Shown: piece after piece, positions 38,227-47,491 of the stretch
Layout: every line of letters starts with the position of its first letter
How positions within the stretch are numbered: the first letter of the stretch is position 1
Translations under genes and position numbers: made by a program
Source: an uncultured bacterium
Lineage (GTDB): Bacteria > Patescibacteriota > Minisyncoccia > Phycocordibacterales > Phycocordibacteraceae
Direction of reading: 5' to 3'
DNA length: 64,000 nucleotides
Assembly: GCA_903825105.1 (NCBI GenBank)
Contig: CAIJZI010000005.1
Location: 18,821-82,820 of the forward strand
Notes under the pieces: generated by a model
Told to the model about the DNA's origin: nothing
Database searches by the model: none
What the model saw: the letters and a program-made list of their open reading frames with translations, nothing else

Positions 38227-38673
38227 ATGGTCGAATTAAGGAATTGGAAATTCGCGAGCCTAGTTTTCTTTGGGCAGGTTGGCGTGTTTGTTGCTGCATA
38301 CTCTGTCTACCAAAATGTTTTGTGTGCTCTTACTGACACATTTCTCTTTGCGGCGTTCATTACTATTTGGATGAAAGTCCGCAGGCCGAGAGAAGTACAG
38401 AAGCGTATGTGTTCAAGCTGTGCCGCTTTTGCCGTATTTCCTGCGCTTGTGCACTTGCGATTCCAGCAAGAAACAGAAAGCGTCATACCACTCCTGCTCT
38501 TATTTCTGCTTCCAGCTATAGGGGCCGCAGGAGTTTCAGCCGGCAGTTTTCGGAATTCTCCCAGAAAGTGGTTGTTGAACTTTCTCGCTGATCTCCCGCT
38601 TGGCATCGGCTTCATCGCCGGCGGGGTGATTCTCTCCTGTCAGAAATGGCAGAAGAGAGCAGCAGCAGTCTGA
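38227..38673 (+). CDS. small polytopic membrane protein (paralog B of 2505..2966)
   Basis: MVELRNWKF N-terminus and WLLNFLADLPLGIGFIAGGVIL C-terminus mirror paralog A. Confidence 0.6.
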   Translation: MVELRNWKFASLVFFGQVGVFVAAYSVYQNVLCALTDTFLFAAFITIWMKVRRPREVQKRMCSSCAAFAVFPALVHLRFQQETESVIPLLLLFLLPAIGAAGVSAGSFRNSPRKWLLNFLADLPLGIGFIAGGVILSCQKWQKRAAAV

Positions 38674-38694
38674 TCTTTCTTAAAAAAAATAGCA

Positions 38695-38728
38695 AAAGCG
38701 CGTCTCGCAAGAGACGCGCTTTCTTTTT
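38695..38728 (+). terminator. intrinsic terminator aaagcgcgtctc-gcaa-gagacgcgcttt + TTCTTTTT
   Basis: 12-bp stem with T tail. Confidence 0.65.
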
Positions 38729-38738
38729 AAATATACTG

Positions 38739-38822
38739 CGGAAGGGGTGGGACTCGAACCCACAAGGGCTTTTGGCCCGCCAGTTTTCAAGACTGGTTCC
38801 TTACCATTCGGAGCACCCTTCC
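38739..38822 (-). tRNA. tRNA-Ser (anticodon TGA), long variable arm
   Basis: acceptor ggaaggg/cccttcc, anticodon stem ccagt/actgg loop cTTGAaa, variable arm gggcc/ggccc, T-loop ttcgagt. Confidence 0.85.
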
Positions 38823-38826
38823 ATTT

Positions 38827-39303
38827 CTACTTTTGCAGTGTAGCGCTAAGCCAACTTTTTTCCAAATAATGCTTTTCTGCATGGCAATTTGGGCAAAGTA
38901 ATTCCAAATTGCTTAATTCATTGTGATTTCTGTTTTTATCTTTGTGATGAACATTCAGAATTTCTTTTTTGTTATAGCCACACATCTCACATTTTTCTCC
39001 CCGTAAAGCAAAAAGTCGTAACTTAAGCGAACGCTGATCCTTAACTTTATCTTTCGGGCGCCCAATTTTATAACGAATTCCTGCTCGATGTATATTTGCA
39101 CAACGCCTGCTACACGTTTTTGCATTCATTCTTGCGAGAATCGGCGTCCCACAGACAGCACACGGCGTCTCTTTTCTATTGGCAATTCCATAGCATTCCT
39201 TACCACAAAAAACTCGACCACGCTTTATTTCAGTTGGGCGTCTATAAATTGGCTTAGCACAAACTCCGCACTTAACATTTGGATTTCTTTTATAATTATC
39301 CAC
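38827..39303 (-). CDS. HNH endonuclease with N-terminal zinc-ribbon repeats
   Basis: three CxxC...C repeats then HHKDKNRNHNELSNLELLCPNCH HNH motif; stop 4 nt from tRNA-Ser 5' end. Confidence 0.8.
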   Translation of the reverse strand: MDNYKRNPNVKCGVCAKPIYRRPTEIKRGRVFCGKECYGIANRKETPCAVCGTPILARMNAKTCSRRCANIHRAGIRYKIGRPKDKVKDQRSLKLRLFALRGEKCEMCGYNKKEILNVHHKDKNRNHNELSNLELLCPNCHAEKHYLEKSWLSATLQK

Positions 39304-39336
39304 TCACATATTATACCACTAACACAATAACCTTAA

Positions 39337-39612
39337 TTACACCGATTCTGATGAATGGTGAATATGTGTGTGCTCTGAGTGATTTTTAGAAATATCTTTT
39401 CTGAACCAGATGAGATAGACGATCTCGAGAATGCCGAGCGTGTTGGCGATAAGGAGGAAGAAGAACCACCATTTCTGATTCCCGCGCGCAGCGTGCCAGA
39501 GTGCGAAGCCTTTTAAAACAAGCGTCCATACTATTGCTGCTAAAAATAATGGAGCAAAAACAGCAATTATCGCAGGGGTAAGTGGAGAATAAAAAGGAAG
39601 AAATGTGTGCAT
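39337..39612 (-). CDS. hypothetical small membrane protein with His-rich tail
   Basis: 91 aa, three TM helices. Confidence 0.4.
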   Translation of the reverse strand: MHTFLPFYSPLTPAIIAVFAPLFLAAIVWTLVLKGFALWHAARGNQKWWFFFLLIANTLGILEIVYLIWFRKDISKNHSEHTHIHHSSESV

Positions 39613-39641
39613 ATAAGCGAATTATAGCATAAACTGGGCGT

Positions 39642-40049
39642 ATGCGGTACTTAGGAGTTGATTATGGGAGTAAAAGAGTCGGGATCGCCTTGTCTGGCGA
39701 AGCGGGGAGTATGGGATTCCCTCACTCGATTATCGAGAACACCAAACACCTTGTTGATGAGGTGTGTGCTCTTATTGAAAAAGAAAAAGTCGACGCGATA
39801 GTTATTGGAGATTCAGAAAATTTTTCCGGAGGAAGAAATGCGATTGCTGAAAATGCAAAAAAATTTGGCGATGCCGTGAGTGAGAAAACAGGGAAGCCCG
39901 TATTTTTTGAATCAGAGATTTTTACCACCGCTCTCGCGCGTCGGGTGCCAGAAAAAGAACTGAAATCGCGTTCGCCCAAACAACATAAAAAAGTGGATGC
40001 GTCAGCCGCGGCGCTTATTCTTACCAGTTATCTTTCAAAATATGAATAA
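39642..40049 (+). CDS. ruvX: putative pre-16S rRNA nuclease / Holliday junction resolvase-like YqgF (RuvX)
   Basis: MRYLGVDYGSKRVGIALS N-terminus of YqgF family. Confidence 0.8.
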   Translation: MRYLGVDYGSKRVGIALSGEAGSMGFPHSIIENTKHLVDEVCALIEKEKVDAIVIGDSENFSGGRNAIAENAKKFGDAVSEKTGKPVFFESEIFTTALARRVPEKELKSRSPKQHKKVDASAAALILTSYLSKYE

Positions 40050-40380
40050 AGAAAAAATTTCAATAGAAGACTTTTCAAAAATAGAAGTAAAAGTCGGCAC
40101 GGTAAAAACAGCTGAAAAGATTCCAGAAACAGAAAAACTCTTGCGGCTCACTGTTGATTTTGGCGAAGAAAGTGTACGACAAATTGTTTCTGGTATCGCT
40201 GGATATGTCTCTGAACCAGAATCTTTGATTGGGAGACAGCTCGCTTTTGTTACAAATCTCGAGCCGAGAACGATCCGCGGTTTTGAATCAAACGGTATGC
40301 TCTTCGCGGTTGGCGAAGGAGAATCATTTGCATTTGTTACTCCCGATCGAGAAGTTCCGCCGGGGACCAGTGCACACTAA
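40042..40380 (+). CDS. tRNA-binding protein (CsaA/Myf-type OB domain)
   Basis: IEDFSKIEVKVGTV...TVDFGEE..RQIVSGI...GMLFA matches EMAP/Myf tRNA-binding domain; 8-nt overlap with ruvX. Confidence 0.7.
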   Translation: MNKEKISIEDFSKIEVKVGTVKTAEKIPETEKLLRLTVDFGEESVRQIVSGIAGYVSEPESLIGRQLAFVTNLEPRTIRGFESNGMLFAVGEGESFAFVTPDREVPPGTSAH

Positions 40381-40407
40381 TCACAAATTAATAATCTTTT
40401 TTATGGT

Positions 40408-41517
40408 TTGGCGTTATACTGTTTAGTAATGCATTCAGTTTTTCTTGAACGAGTCAGATCTCAGTTTACGCCACCGCGTTATTTGACTTTTCCTTTTTCA
40501 GGAATTGAACTTTCGGCGAGTGGTGTGAAAGCTGTTCGTCTTGAAGAAACCCCGCATGGTTTTGTGCTCGCAAAATTTGTAGAAGAGCGGTTCCCGTCTG
40601 GAACTTTTGTTGAGGGAGAGGCGGTTGATGGCGATTTGATTATTGAAAAAATAATTACTGCAGCAAAAGCTACTGGCATCTCTTCGGCGAATATAGCATT
40701 GCCAGAATCGAAGTCATTTATTTTTGAAACAACGACGCAAGGAGTTTCTGATGATGAATTGCGTATCGGAGTAGAACAACATCTCGATGAGTTGATACCT
40801 TTACCACCCGCTGAAACAGCCTTTGATATATTAAAGATCGGTAATGACGACCGTGGAAATGTTCGTGTGGCTGGAATCGGCGTAGCAGAGAGGGTTGTAG
40901 ATGACACTCTTCTCTTGTTCGACAGTGCGCGTATAGGTGTACAAGCAATCGAAGAAGAAACATTTGCGATGGCTCGCGCCCTTCTCCCAAATGGCGACCA
41001 GTCAGTTTCCCTGATTATTGATATAGGCAAAACAACAACAAAAATCGTAATTGTGGATAAACGAATCCCGCGGTTCTCCAAAACAATCAATGTTGGTGGG
41101 CATTCATTTACGCTCGCCATTCAAAAATATTTTGGTGTTACAGAAGAAGAAGCGCGAAAGGTGAAGGCAGAACACGGCATTGTTTCGACAGAAGGGAATG
41201 AAGAATACCTATCAGCGATGCTTTCAACTGCGTCTGCGATTCGAGATGAGATTTCTAACTGTATAGAGTATTGGCAAGGGAAAACACGGAATGACCAATC
41301 TTGTGAACCTATAGCGCGAGCCATTCTTTCCGGGGGAAACGCTTCGGTAAAAGGGTTGCCAGAATATTTTAGCGGCACACTTAAAATGCCGGTGGTTTCT
41401 GGAAATGTTTTTACTAATTTTGCATCCAGCGATACATGGATTCCACAACTTACTTACGAAGAATCACTTTCTTACACAACAGCAATCGGATTGGCATTGT
41501 ATGACAGCTCCAAATAA
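40408..41517 (+). CDS. pilM: type IV pilus assembly protein PilM (actin-like ATPase)
   Basis: 369 aa; FSGIELSASGVKAVRL start and actin-fold glycine motifs; followed by pilN/pilO-like genes. Confidence 0.75.
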   Translation: MALYCLVMHSVFLERVRSQFTPPRYLTFPFSGIELSASGVKAVRLEETPHGFVLAKFVEERFPSGTFVEGEAVDGDLIIEKIITAAKATGISSANIALPESKSFIFETTTQGVSDDELRIGVEQHLDELIPLPPAETAFDILKIGNDDRGNVRVAGIGVAERVVDDTLLLFDSARIGVQAIEEETFAMARALLPNGDQSVSLIIDIGKTTTKIVIVDKRIPRFSKTINVGGHSFTLAIQKYFGVTEEEARKVKAEHGIVSTEGNEEYLSAMLSTASAIRDEISNCIEYWQGKTRNDQSCEPIARAILSGGNASVKGLPEYFSGTLKMPVVSGNVFTNFASSDTWIPQLTYEESLSYTTAIGLALYDSSK

Positions 41518-41520
41518 AAT

Positions 41521-42117
41521 ATGAAGAATAATAGAACAAACTTGCTTCCAGAAGAACGACAAAAAACGCTACGCCGAGAATATTTTCTGCGTCTCGGAAC
41601 AGTCGCGATGGTATTTTTAATAGCGCTTGTGTCGTTTGCGGCGATTCTCATTTCTCCGACCTATGTATTTCTTCTTCGTAATGCGCACGCAAAAAATGTG
41701 CAACTTATGAATATTGTGTTAAATGCATCTTCCACAAATAATTCACTATTATTTACGCAAATCGGTGCTCTGTCTGACAGCGCGAAGACTCTGGAAGGTC
41801 TTTCTGATGTTCCTTCAGTTAGCGAGACATTCCGAGCGGTTCTAGCAGTGCCACATCCAGGTATTACGCTGTCAGGTTTTTCTTACACAGTGACGAGTAA
41901 CAAAAAAGCGAACAAATTAGCCATTTCTGGAGTATCGGCGACCCGCGATGCCCTGCGAAATTATCAAATGGCGCTTCAATCAATGTCATTTACTGATTCG
42001 GCGGATCTCCCCGTTTCTGTATATGCAAAAGATTCTAATATTAATTTCACCATCACGGTTGCTCTCGCCCCAACTGATGATTGGCGCTCGTCAATGGGTA
42101 CAAAAACAACACAATGA
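41521..42117 (+). CDS. pilN: PilN-like pilus assembly protein
   Basis: NLLPEERQ N-terminus, single TM, follows pilM. Confidence 0.6.
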   Translation: MKNNRTNLLPEERQKTLRREYFLRLGTVAMVFLIALVSFAAILISPTYVFLLRNAHAKNVQLMNIVLNASSTNNSLLFTQIGALSDSAKTLEGLSDVPSVSETFRAVLAVPHPGITLSGFSYTVTSNKKANKLAISGVSATRDALRNYQMALQSMSFTDSADLPVSVYAKDSNINFTITVALAPTDDWRSSMGTKTTQ

Positions 42118-42641
42118 AATCACCTGCAGCACATTTTTTTATAACAGTAATTGCGTGTGTGTTAGCGCTTTTTGCCTGTCGGTGGTGGTACACAGATGTT
42201 GAAACAAAAAGTGTCGATGTCGCAAATTTACAACAGCAAATTTATTCAGAAACACAGACCGCCGGAATTGTTGGGGCAGCGCGCGCAGAAATCGCGAGAA
42301 TTTCTAGTGATGAGGTTACATTGCAAAATTATTTCGTCCCACAAACAGGCGTTGTCTCATTTATAAATTTTCTTGAAGGAGAAGGCCGGTCACAAGGGTC
42401 ATCGGTAAAAATCCTATCGGTTTCTCCTGGCACAGGGACGCCGCCGACTCTTGTATTGAAATTTACGATAGGCGGAACATTTGATGCGGTGATGCGAACA
42501 GTCGGTACGATAGAATATTCACAGTACGATTTGTATGTTTCGCAATTCTCCGTTACGCAAGATGGAACCAATAGCTGGAATGCAAATGTGGGGCTCGTGG
42601 TCGGATCTATAAATTTACAAACAGCAACAAGTACACCATGA
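42114..42641 (+). CDS. PilO-like pilus assembly protein
   Basis: single N-terminal TM, ATGA overlap with pilN, position in pilMNO order. Confidence 0.45.
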   Translation: MKSPAAHFFITVIACVLALFACRWWYTDVETKSVDVANLQQQIYSETQTAGIVGAARAEIARISSDEVTLQNYFVPQTGVVSFINFLEGEGRSQGSSVKILSVSPGTGTPPTLVLKFTIGGTFDAVMRTVGTIEYSQYDLYVSQFSVTQDGTNSWNANVGLVVGSINLQTATSTP

Positions 42642-42943
42642 GTATTTCAAAAATTAAAAATTCTTTTATAAAACATTTTCACTATGGTGAAATTAATCCG
42701 ATGCGTGATTGGCTCGTGTTGATTACACTGTTTATCATTGCCCTCGCTGGCGTCGTCGTTTGGGATATATGGTCATTCGGGGTAGTGACAAACGGGGGTA
42801 CAATCGGGGGCACCAAAACGGTTTCGACGCAGACACTCGATCAGTCTTCGCTTAACAAAATAAATATTATTTTTTCGAGTCGAGCGGCTGAAGAAAATAA
42901 ATATAAGACTGGCGTGTATCGCTACGCCGACCCTTCGCAATGA
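42638..42943 (+). CDS. hypothetical membrane protein (possible pilus-assembly accessory)
   Basis: 101 aa, one TM, coupled to pilO-like gene. Confidence 0.3.
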   Translation: MSISKIKNSFIKHFHYGEINPMRDWLVLITLFIIALAGVVVWDIWSFGVVTNGGTIGGTKTVSTQTLDQSSLNKINIIFSSRAAEENKYKTGVYRYADPSQ

Positions 42944-42977
42944 TAAATAAAAGATTAGAATATGGTATTATAACCCT

Positions 42978-43289
42978 ATGCCATATAAAAATAGATCCGA
43001 CCTATATGCTGCACAAAAAAGGCATCGTGTGAAAATTCGGCAAAAACTGTTAGAGTATTTATCGGTGAGAGAGTGTGTTGATTGTCGCGAGAAAGACCCG
43101 ATAGTTCTAGAATTCGATCACCGCGATAGAAAGGACAAGTTTAAAATCGTAGTTAAAATGTTGTCCGGGCATTATTCGTGGGAGTCTGTTCTAAAAGAAA
43201 TCAAAAAATGTGATGTGCGTTGTGCAAATTGCCATAGACGAAAAACATATAAGGAACAAAATTGTTGGGGTAAAACTACGCCCTCGTAG
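42978..43289 (+). CDS. HNH endonuclease (small)
   Basis: CVDCREKDPIVLEFDHRD...CANCHRRKT HNH motif; last 10 nt overlap tRNA-Arg. Confidence 0.75.
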   Translation: MPYKNRSDLYAAQKRHRVKIRQKLLEYLSVRECVDCREKDPIVLEFDHRDRKDKFKIVVKMLSGHYSWESVLKEIKKCDVRCANCHRRKTYKEQNCWGKTTPS

Positions 43290-43354
43290 TTAAATGGATA
43301 TAACCGCGGACTTCTAAGCCGCTATTCGAGGTTCGATTCCTCGCGAGGGCACCA
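43280..43354 (+). tRNA. tRNA-Arg (anticodon TCT), CCA encoded
   Basis: acceptor gccctcg/cgagggc, anticodon loop cTTCTaa, T-loop ttcgatt. Confidence 0.8.
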
Positions 43355-43383
43355 ATAAGTAATAAAATTCTCCCATTTTTTAG

Positions 43384-43465
43384 TGCCGTGGGGGAGATTC
43401 GAACTCCCGACTCTTGCGAGATACGCTTCTGAGGCGTACGCGTATACCAGTTCCGCCACCACGGC
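43384..43465 (-). tRNA. tRNA-Leu (anticodon CAG), long variable arm
   Basis: acceptor gccgtgg/ccacggc, anticodon stem tacgc/gcgta loop cTCAGaa, T-loop ttcgaat. Confidence 0.85.
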
Positions 43466-43564
43466 TTAATTTTTAAACTATAGCAACTTTAATGATTATC
43501 ATCACGCAGCACTTGACAAAATATTTTGCTTGATTATATTAGATGAGGGTTTGGAGGAGAAAAT

Positions 43565-43804
43565 ATGGGAAAGAATTTATTTTCAAAAAGAGTTTTCCTG
43601 CCGTGGGTAATTATAACGCTCCTCATCTTCGGTATTCTCGAAGTAATCGAGCGTTTGAACCAGAGTGAATGGGTGATTCTAAGCAAGGAAGAGTTTGAAG
43701 TCCTTGCGGTAGCGTCGCTCGTTGTAGTGGTATATTTTCTCGTTTCGGGGAAGTGGTTCGAGCCTGACTGGGGCCTGCACCGCGAGTTGAAGAACAAAAG
43801 CTAA
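43565..43804 (+). CDS. hypothetical small membrane protein
   Basis: 79 aa, two TM helices; terminator follows. Confidence 0.35.
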   Translation: MGKNLFSKRVFLPWVIITLLIFGILEVIERLNQSEWVILSKEEFEVLAVASLVVVVYFLVSGKWFEPDWGLHRELKNKS

Positions 43805-43808
43805 AAAC

Positions 43809-43845
43809 ACGGCGCGCGGGAGTTTCTACCCGCGCGCCGTTTCGA
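43809..43845 (+). terminator. hairpin acggcgcgcggg-agtttcta-cccgcgcgccgt + TTTCG
   Basis: 12-bp GC stem. Confidence 0.6.
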
Positions 43846-43870
43846 TTATCTGGTAAACTGGTGAATGTTC

Positions 43871-43943
43871 GGGCGATTAGCTCAGTTGGTAGAGCAACGC
43901 ATTTACACTGCGAAGGTCACAGGTTCGAGTCCTGTATCGCCCA
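43871..43943 (+). tRNA. tRNA-Val (anticodon TAC)
   Basis: acceptor gggcgat/atcgccc, anticodon loop tTTACac, T-loop ttcgagt. Confidence 0.85.
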
Positions 43944-43949
43944 CATAAT

Positions 43950-44642
43950 ATGGATCTTCCGATTCTCTATGAAGACTCTGATATCGTCGCTATAAACAAG
44001 CCGGCGGGGCTTATTACTCATAAGGATGGCCGAACAGAAGAAAAAAGTGCCGAAGATTGGTTCACTGAGAGGCGCAAGGTTCAAGGTATAAGTTTGTCTG
44101 ATAAATCAGGATATGTGCATCGCCTCGATAGAGATACTTCGGGCGTTTTACTTTTTGCAAAAAACGAAAAGGCGTATGAATTTATGCGTAAAGCATTTCA
44201 CGATAGGGAAGTGAAGAAGACCTATCTCGCTATCGTTTTTGGTGTGCTCAAAGAGAAGAAAGGAACAATAGATTTTGATATCGGCAGATCGCGAAAGGAT
44301 TTCAGAATGCGCAGCGCACAGCCGAAGGCGAAGGGGAAATTGCGCGAGGCGCTGACGCGCTATGAAGTCGTTGGAGAATATGAGAACTACGCTCTACTTA
44401 AAGTAAATCCAGAGACGGGTAGAACGCATCAGATTCGCGTGCATCTAAAAGCGATTCATCATCCGATTGTTGGTGATACGCTCTATGCGGCGGGGCATAA
44501 AAACACGCTCCCGATCTCGCGCCTTTGTCTCCACGCGGGCGAAATAGATGTGCCCCTTTTGTCGGGAGAAAGAGTCACTATCACCGCCCCAATTCCTGAA
44601 GAACTCGAGAGAACAGTTGCTCTATTTCAGAATGCGTGCTAA
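43950..44642 (+). CDS. RluA-family pseudouridine synthase
   Basis: HRLDRDTSGVLLFAK catalytic motif, 230 aa. Confidence 0.85.
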   Translation: MDLPILYEDSDIVAINKPAGLITHKDGRTEEKSAEDWFTERRKVQGISLSDKSGYVHRLDRDTSGVLLFAKNEKAYEFMRKAFHDREVKKTYLAIVFGVLKEKKGTIDFDIGRSRKDFRMRSAQPKAKGKLREALTRYEVVGEYENYALLKVNPETGRTHQIRVHLKAIHHPIVGDTLYAAGHKNTLPISRLCLHAGEIDVPLLSGERVTITAPIPEELERTVALFQNAC

Positions 44643-44654
44643 TCTGCGCTCCAC

Positions 44655-45143
44655 ATGGAGAAGGTAATTACAACAGTCAATGTTGACGGTCGCGCGCGCC
44701 TCGGGATTCGCGCGGGTGACACGGTGCGCGTGATGCAGAATATCGTCGAGCTTAAGAAGAAGCGCGGCACCGATAAGAAAGAAAAAATCGCGAAAAGCAC
44801 CCGTACCCAAGCCTTTGAAGGCCTCGTTATCGCGACCAAGCACGGCACCGAAGCGGGCGCATCCTTCACTGTTCGCGCGACACTCTCGGGAATTGGTGTC
44901 GAGAAGACCTTTCCACTTTATTCCCCAATGATCGCGTCAATCGAAATCATCAAGCACTCGCGTGTGCGCCGAGCGAAACTCTATTTCATCCGTGAGAAGG
45001 CAACAAAGGCTGTCCGTCGCCAGCTTCGCAATTCGCGCATGATGAATGTGAAGAGCGATGAGACAGTCCCCGTTGAAGTAACTGAAGAAGCTGGCCCAGA
45101 GATTGTAGAAGAAACAAAGCAGGAAGTTGTGTCTGTAGAATAA
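44655..45143 (+). CDS. rplS: 50S ribosomal protein L19 with C-terminal extension
   Basis: GDTVRV...FEGLVIA...KLYFIREK typical L19 core. Confidence 0.9.
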   Translation: MEKVITTVNVDGRARLGIRAGDTVRVMQNIVELKKKRGTDKKEKIAKSTRTQAFEGLVIATKHGTEAGASFTVRATLSGIGVEKTFPLYSPMIASIEIIKHSRVRRAKLYFIREKATKAVRRQLRNSRMMNVKSDETVPVEVTEEAGPEIVEETKQEVVSVE

Positions 45144-45220
45144 ATTTAAAAACAAAACGAAGCCGAGTTATCCACTCGGATTTTGTTCAAATATTATTGG
45201 TATACGCTTATACTTGAGGT

Positions 45221-45931
45221 ATGGGACTGCGTGGGCCGAAACCAAAGAGAAGGGAAGTAATCTGGTCGCCAGAGCTCGCGTATGCGATCGGGCTTATTGC
45301 CACGGACGGATGCCTGTCAAATGACGGCAGGCATCTCTTTTTTGTCTCAAAAGATATTCAACAAATAAAAAATATTAAAAAATGTCTCGGGCTCAAGGTA
45401 AAAATTGGCGTGCACAAGGCAGGAATAAGAATGAAGAATAGAAATTATCATCGAGTGCAGTGGGGCGATATATTTCTATACAATTTTTTGCTCAAAATCG
45501 GTCTCACACCAAACAAATCAAAAACAATTGGAGCACTTGTAGTTCCCGATAAATACTTTTTCGATTTTCTGCGCGGCAATTTTGATGGTGACGGTTCTTT
45601 TTATAGTTATTTTGATCCGCGCTGGGAATCGAGTTTTATGTATTACATCAGTTTTACTTCCGCGAGCGTCTTGTATGTTGAATGGTTACAAAAAACACTA
45701 AATAATTTATTGAAAGTGGATGGACACATAACGAAAGTTAGGATAAACGAAGAAAAATGCTCCCCCATATATAACCTTAGGTTCGCAAAGAGAGAATCGC
45801 TTATTGTTATGAACGCGATGTATTCGACCCGGTGTGAAGTCTGTCTTTCTCGAAAGAGATTGAAAATAGTGCGCGCATTGCGTATAGTGAATAAGTCGCT
45901 TCTTTCAAACAGAAAGAAGCTGACAAGATAA
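45221..45931 (+). CDS. free-standing LAGLIDADG homing endonuclease (two-motif, single chain)
   Basis: LAYAIGLIATDGCL and FLRGNFDGDGSF motifs; stop 1 nt before tRNA-Leu. Confidence 0.8.
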   Translation: MGLRGPKPKRREVIWSPELAYAIGLIATDGCLSNDGRHLFFVSKDIQQIKNIKKCLGLKVKIGVHKAGIRMKNRNYHRVQWGDIFLYNFLLKIGLTPNKSKTIGALVVPDKYFFDFLRGNFDGDGSFYSYFDPRWESSFMYYISFTSASVLYVEWLQKTLNNLLKVDGHITKVRINEEKCSPIYNLRFAKRESLIVMNAMYSTRCEVCLSRKRLKIVRALRIVNKSLLSNRKKLTR

Positions 45932-45932
45932 T

Positions 45933-46014
45933 GCCCAGGTGGCGTAATTGGTAAACGCGTAAGCTTGAGGTGCTTATGTCGCAAGACGTGGAGGTTCAAG
46001 TCCTCTCCTGGGCA
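45933..46014 (+). tRNA. tRNA-Leu (anticodon GAG), long variable arm
   Basis: acceptor gcccagg/cctgggc, anticodon stem taagc/gctta loop tTGAGgt, T-loop ttcaagt. Confidence 0.85.
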
Positions 46015-46022
46015 CAGGAAAT

Positions 46023-46853
46023 ATGGAGAATACACACCCTGTTATTCAGCATCTTTTAGCACGCACAAATAAGAAAGTTCCAATAGAAGATAATAGAAAA
46101 ATTGCACTAATACTTTTTGGTGGTGCGATCGCTGGTGTTAGAGGCGCTGCCGCAGAGCTTGTGCTTAATGACATTGGTTTATCAAATGCCTTCGATGAAA
46201 TATATTCTGCATCAGCAGGATTTTGTAATGCGTCATACCTGCTTTCTGATAATCCAAAAGAGGGAATAGCTATTTATTATGAAGATTTGTGCGGTGATAA
46301 GTTTATAAATTATTTAAAACCGTGGCGTATAGCAGATATCGAATATGTTGTAAATTGCGTTAAAAATTTAAAACCGTTGAAGGTAAGAAAAATTCTAGAA
46401 TCCGAAACAAAATTATTTGTGCGCGTAAAAGATGTAAAAGAAAAGAAAGAAGTTCTTTTAGAGGCGCATGAATTTCCGGATGAAAAGTACTTTCAACTTA
46501 TGCGTGCCGCAACAGCAGTCCCGTATTTAAGTCCTGGAGCTATTAAAGTCGGCGGCATTGAATATAAAGACATTATTACCGACGGTGGTTGGGCAAGTAT
46601 TGTGGGCGATATTTTAAAATCAGACATAACGGATCTGTTAATTATTTACAACACAAGAAGGCAATATGATTTGTTACATAATAAAATCGGACCCCTTCTG
46701 AATTCAGATCGAGTATTTGAAATAGTACCTGAAAAATCTTGGAAATTTTCAAAACTTGAAAGAGATGCAAAAAGCATCAAGAATGCGGCTGAACAAATGA
46801 TTGAATTAACAAAAAATATTTTCGGTGTCGAAAAAGAAATTTCTTTAAATTAG
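46023..46853 (+). CDS. patatin-like phospholipase
   Basis: GGAIAGVRG glycine-rich loop, SASAG nucleophile elbow, DGG catalytic Asp; AT-rich codon usage. Confidence 0.7.
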   Translation: MENTHPVIQHLLARTNKKVPIEDNRKIALILFGGAIAGVRGAAAELVLNDIGLSNAFDEIYSASAGFCNASYLLSDNPKEGIAIYYEDLCGDKFINYLKPWRIADIEYVVNCVKNLKPLKVRKILESETKLFVRVKDVKEKKEVLLEAHEFPDEKYFQLMRAATAVPYLSPGAIKVGGIEYKDIITDGGWASIVGDILKSDITDLLIIYNTRRQYDLLHNKIGPLLNSDRVFEIVPEKSWKFSKLERDAKSIKNAAEQMIELTKNIFGVEKEISLN

Positions 46854-46868
46854 ATATAATAAAAATAT

Positions 46869-47414
46869 ATGCTCTACACACGAAAAGGCGATGATGGGAA
46901 GACAAAATTGTTTTGCGATCAGCAGAAGATTTCGAAGTCGTCAGAAATTCCTGAAACGCTCGGCGCACTCGACGAATTAAATGCATTTCTTGGATTTGTA
47001 AAAATGCGTGCGGCGCATTCAGCGCGAATCGCGGGAGCGATTCGCGCTGCTCAAGAAAATCTTTTTATTATTCAAGCTGAAGTCGCGGGTGCGGATAAAA
47101 AAACAAAAAAGAACGCGGTAAAAAATATAGAGAAACTCATTAATGAAATAGAAAAAGAAATTCCAAAAATAACCGGTTTTTCTATTTCTGGCGGGACGGA
47201 GCTCTCCGCGCTCCTCGATGTCGCGCGCACCGTCGCGCGCCGAGCCGAGCGCCGTGTTGTCGCGGTTAGTGAAATGGACAAATCTGACTTGTCCAAAGGC
47301 AAACTCTCGAACGATACGCTCGTGTATCTGAATCGCTTATCCTCACTCCTCTTCGCGCTCGCGCGCCTCGCCAACCACGAAGCGGGCGTGAAAGAAGAAA
47401 ATCCGAAGTATTAA
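46869..47414 (+). CDS. ATP:cob(I)alamin adenosyltransferase, PduO type
   Basis: TRKGDDGKT...DELNAFLG and C-terminal helices of PduO/MMAB family. Confidence 0.8.
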   Translation: MLYTRKGDDGKTKLFCDQQKISKSSEIPETLGALDELNAFLGFVKMRAAHSARIAGAIRAAQENLFIIQAEVAGADKKTKKNAVKNIEKLINEIEKEIPKITGFSISGGTELSALLDVARTVARRAERRVVAVSEMDKSDLSKGKLSNDTLVYLNRLSSLLFALARLANHEAGVKEENPKY

Positions 47415-47491
47415 AAAGGGAAAGACAAAATATTTTATTTACCCACAACGGAGAGTGTTTCCGTTTCAATAAAAAGATCTATCATAAAGAG

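Noticed and set aside
45160-45195. TTATCCAC DnaA-box-like 8-mer inside the hairpin after rplS
   Set aside because: It is a single occurrence inside a terminator stem far from dnaA. It is most likely chance.
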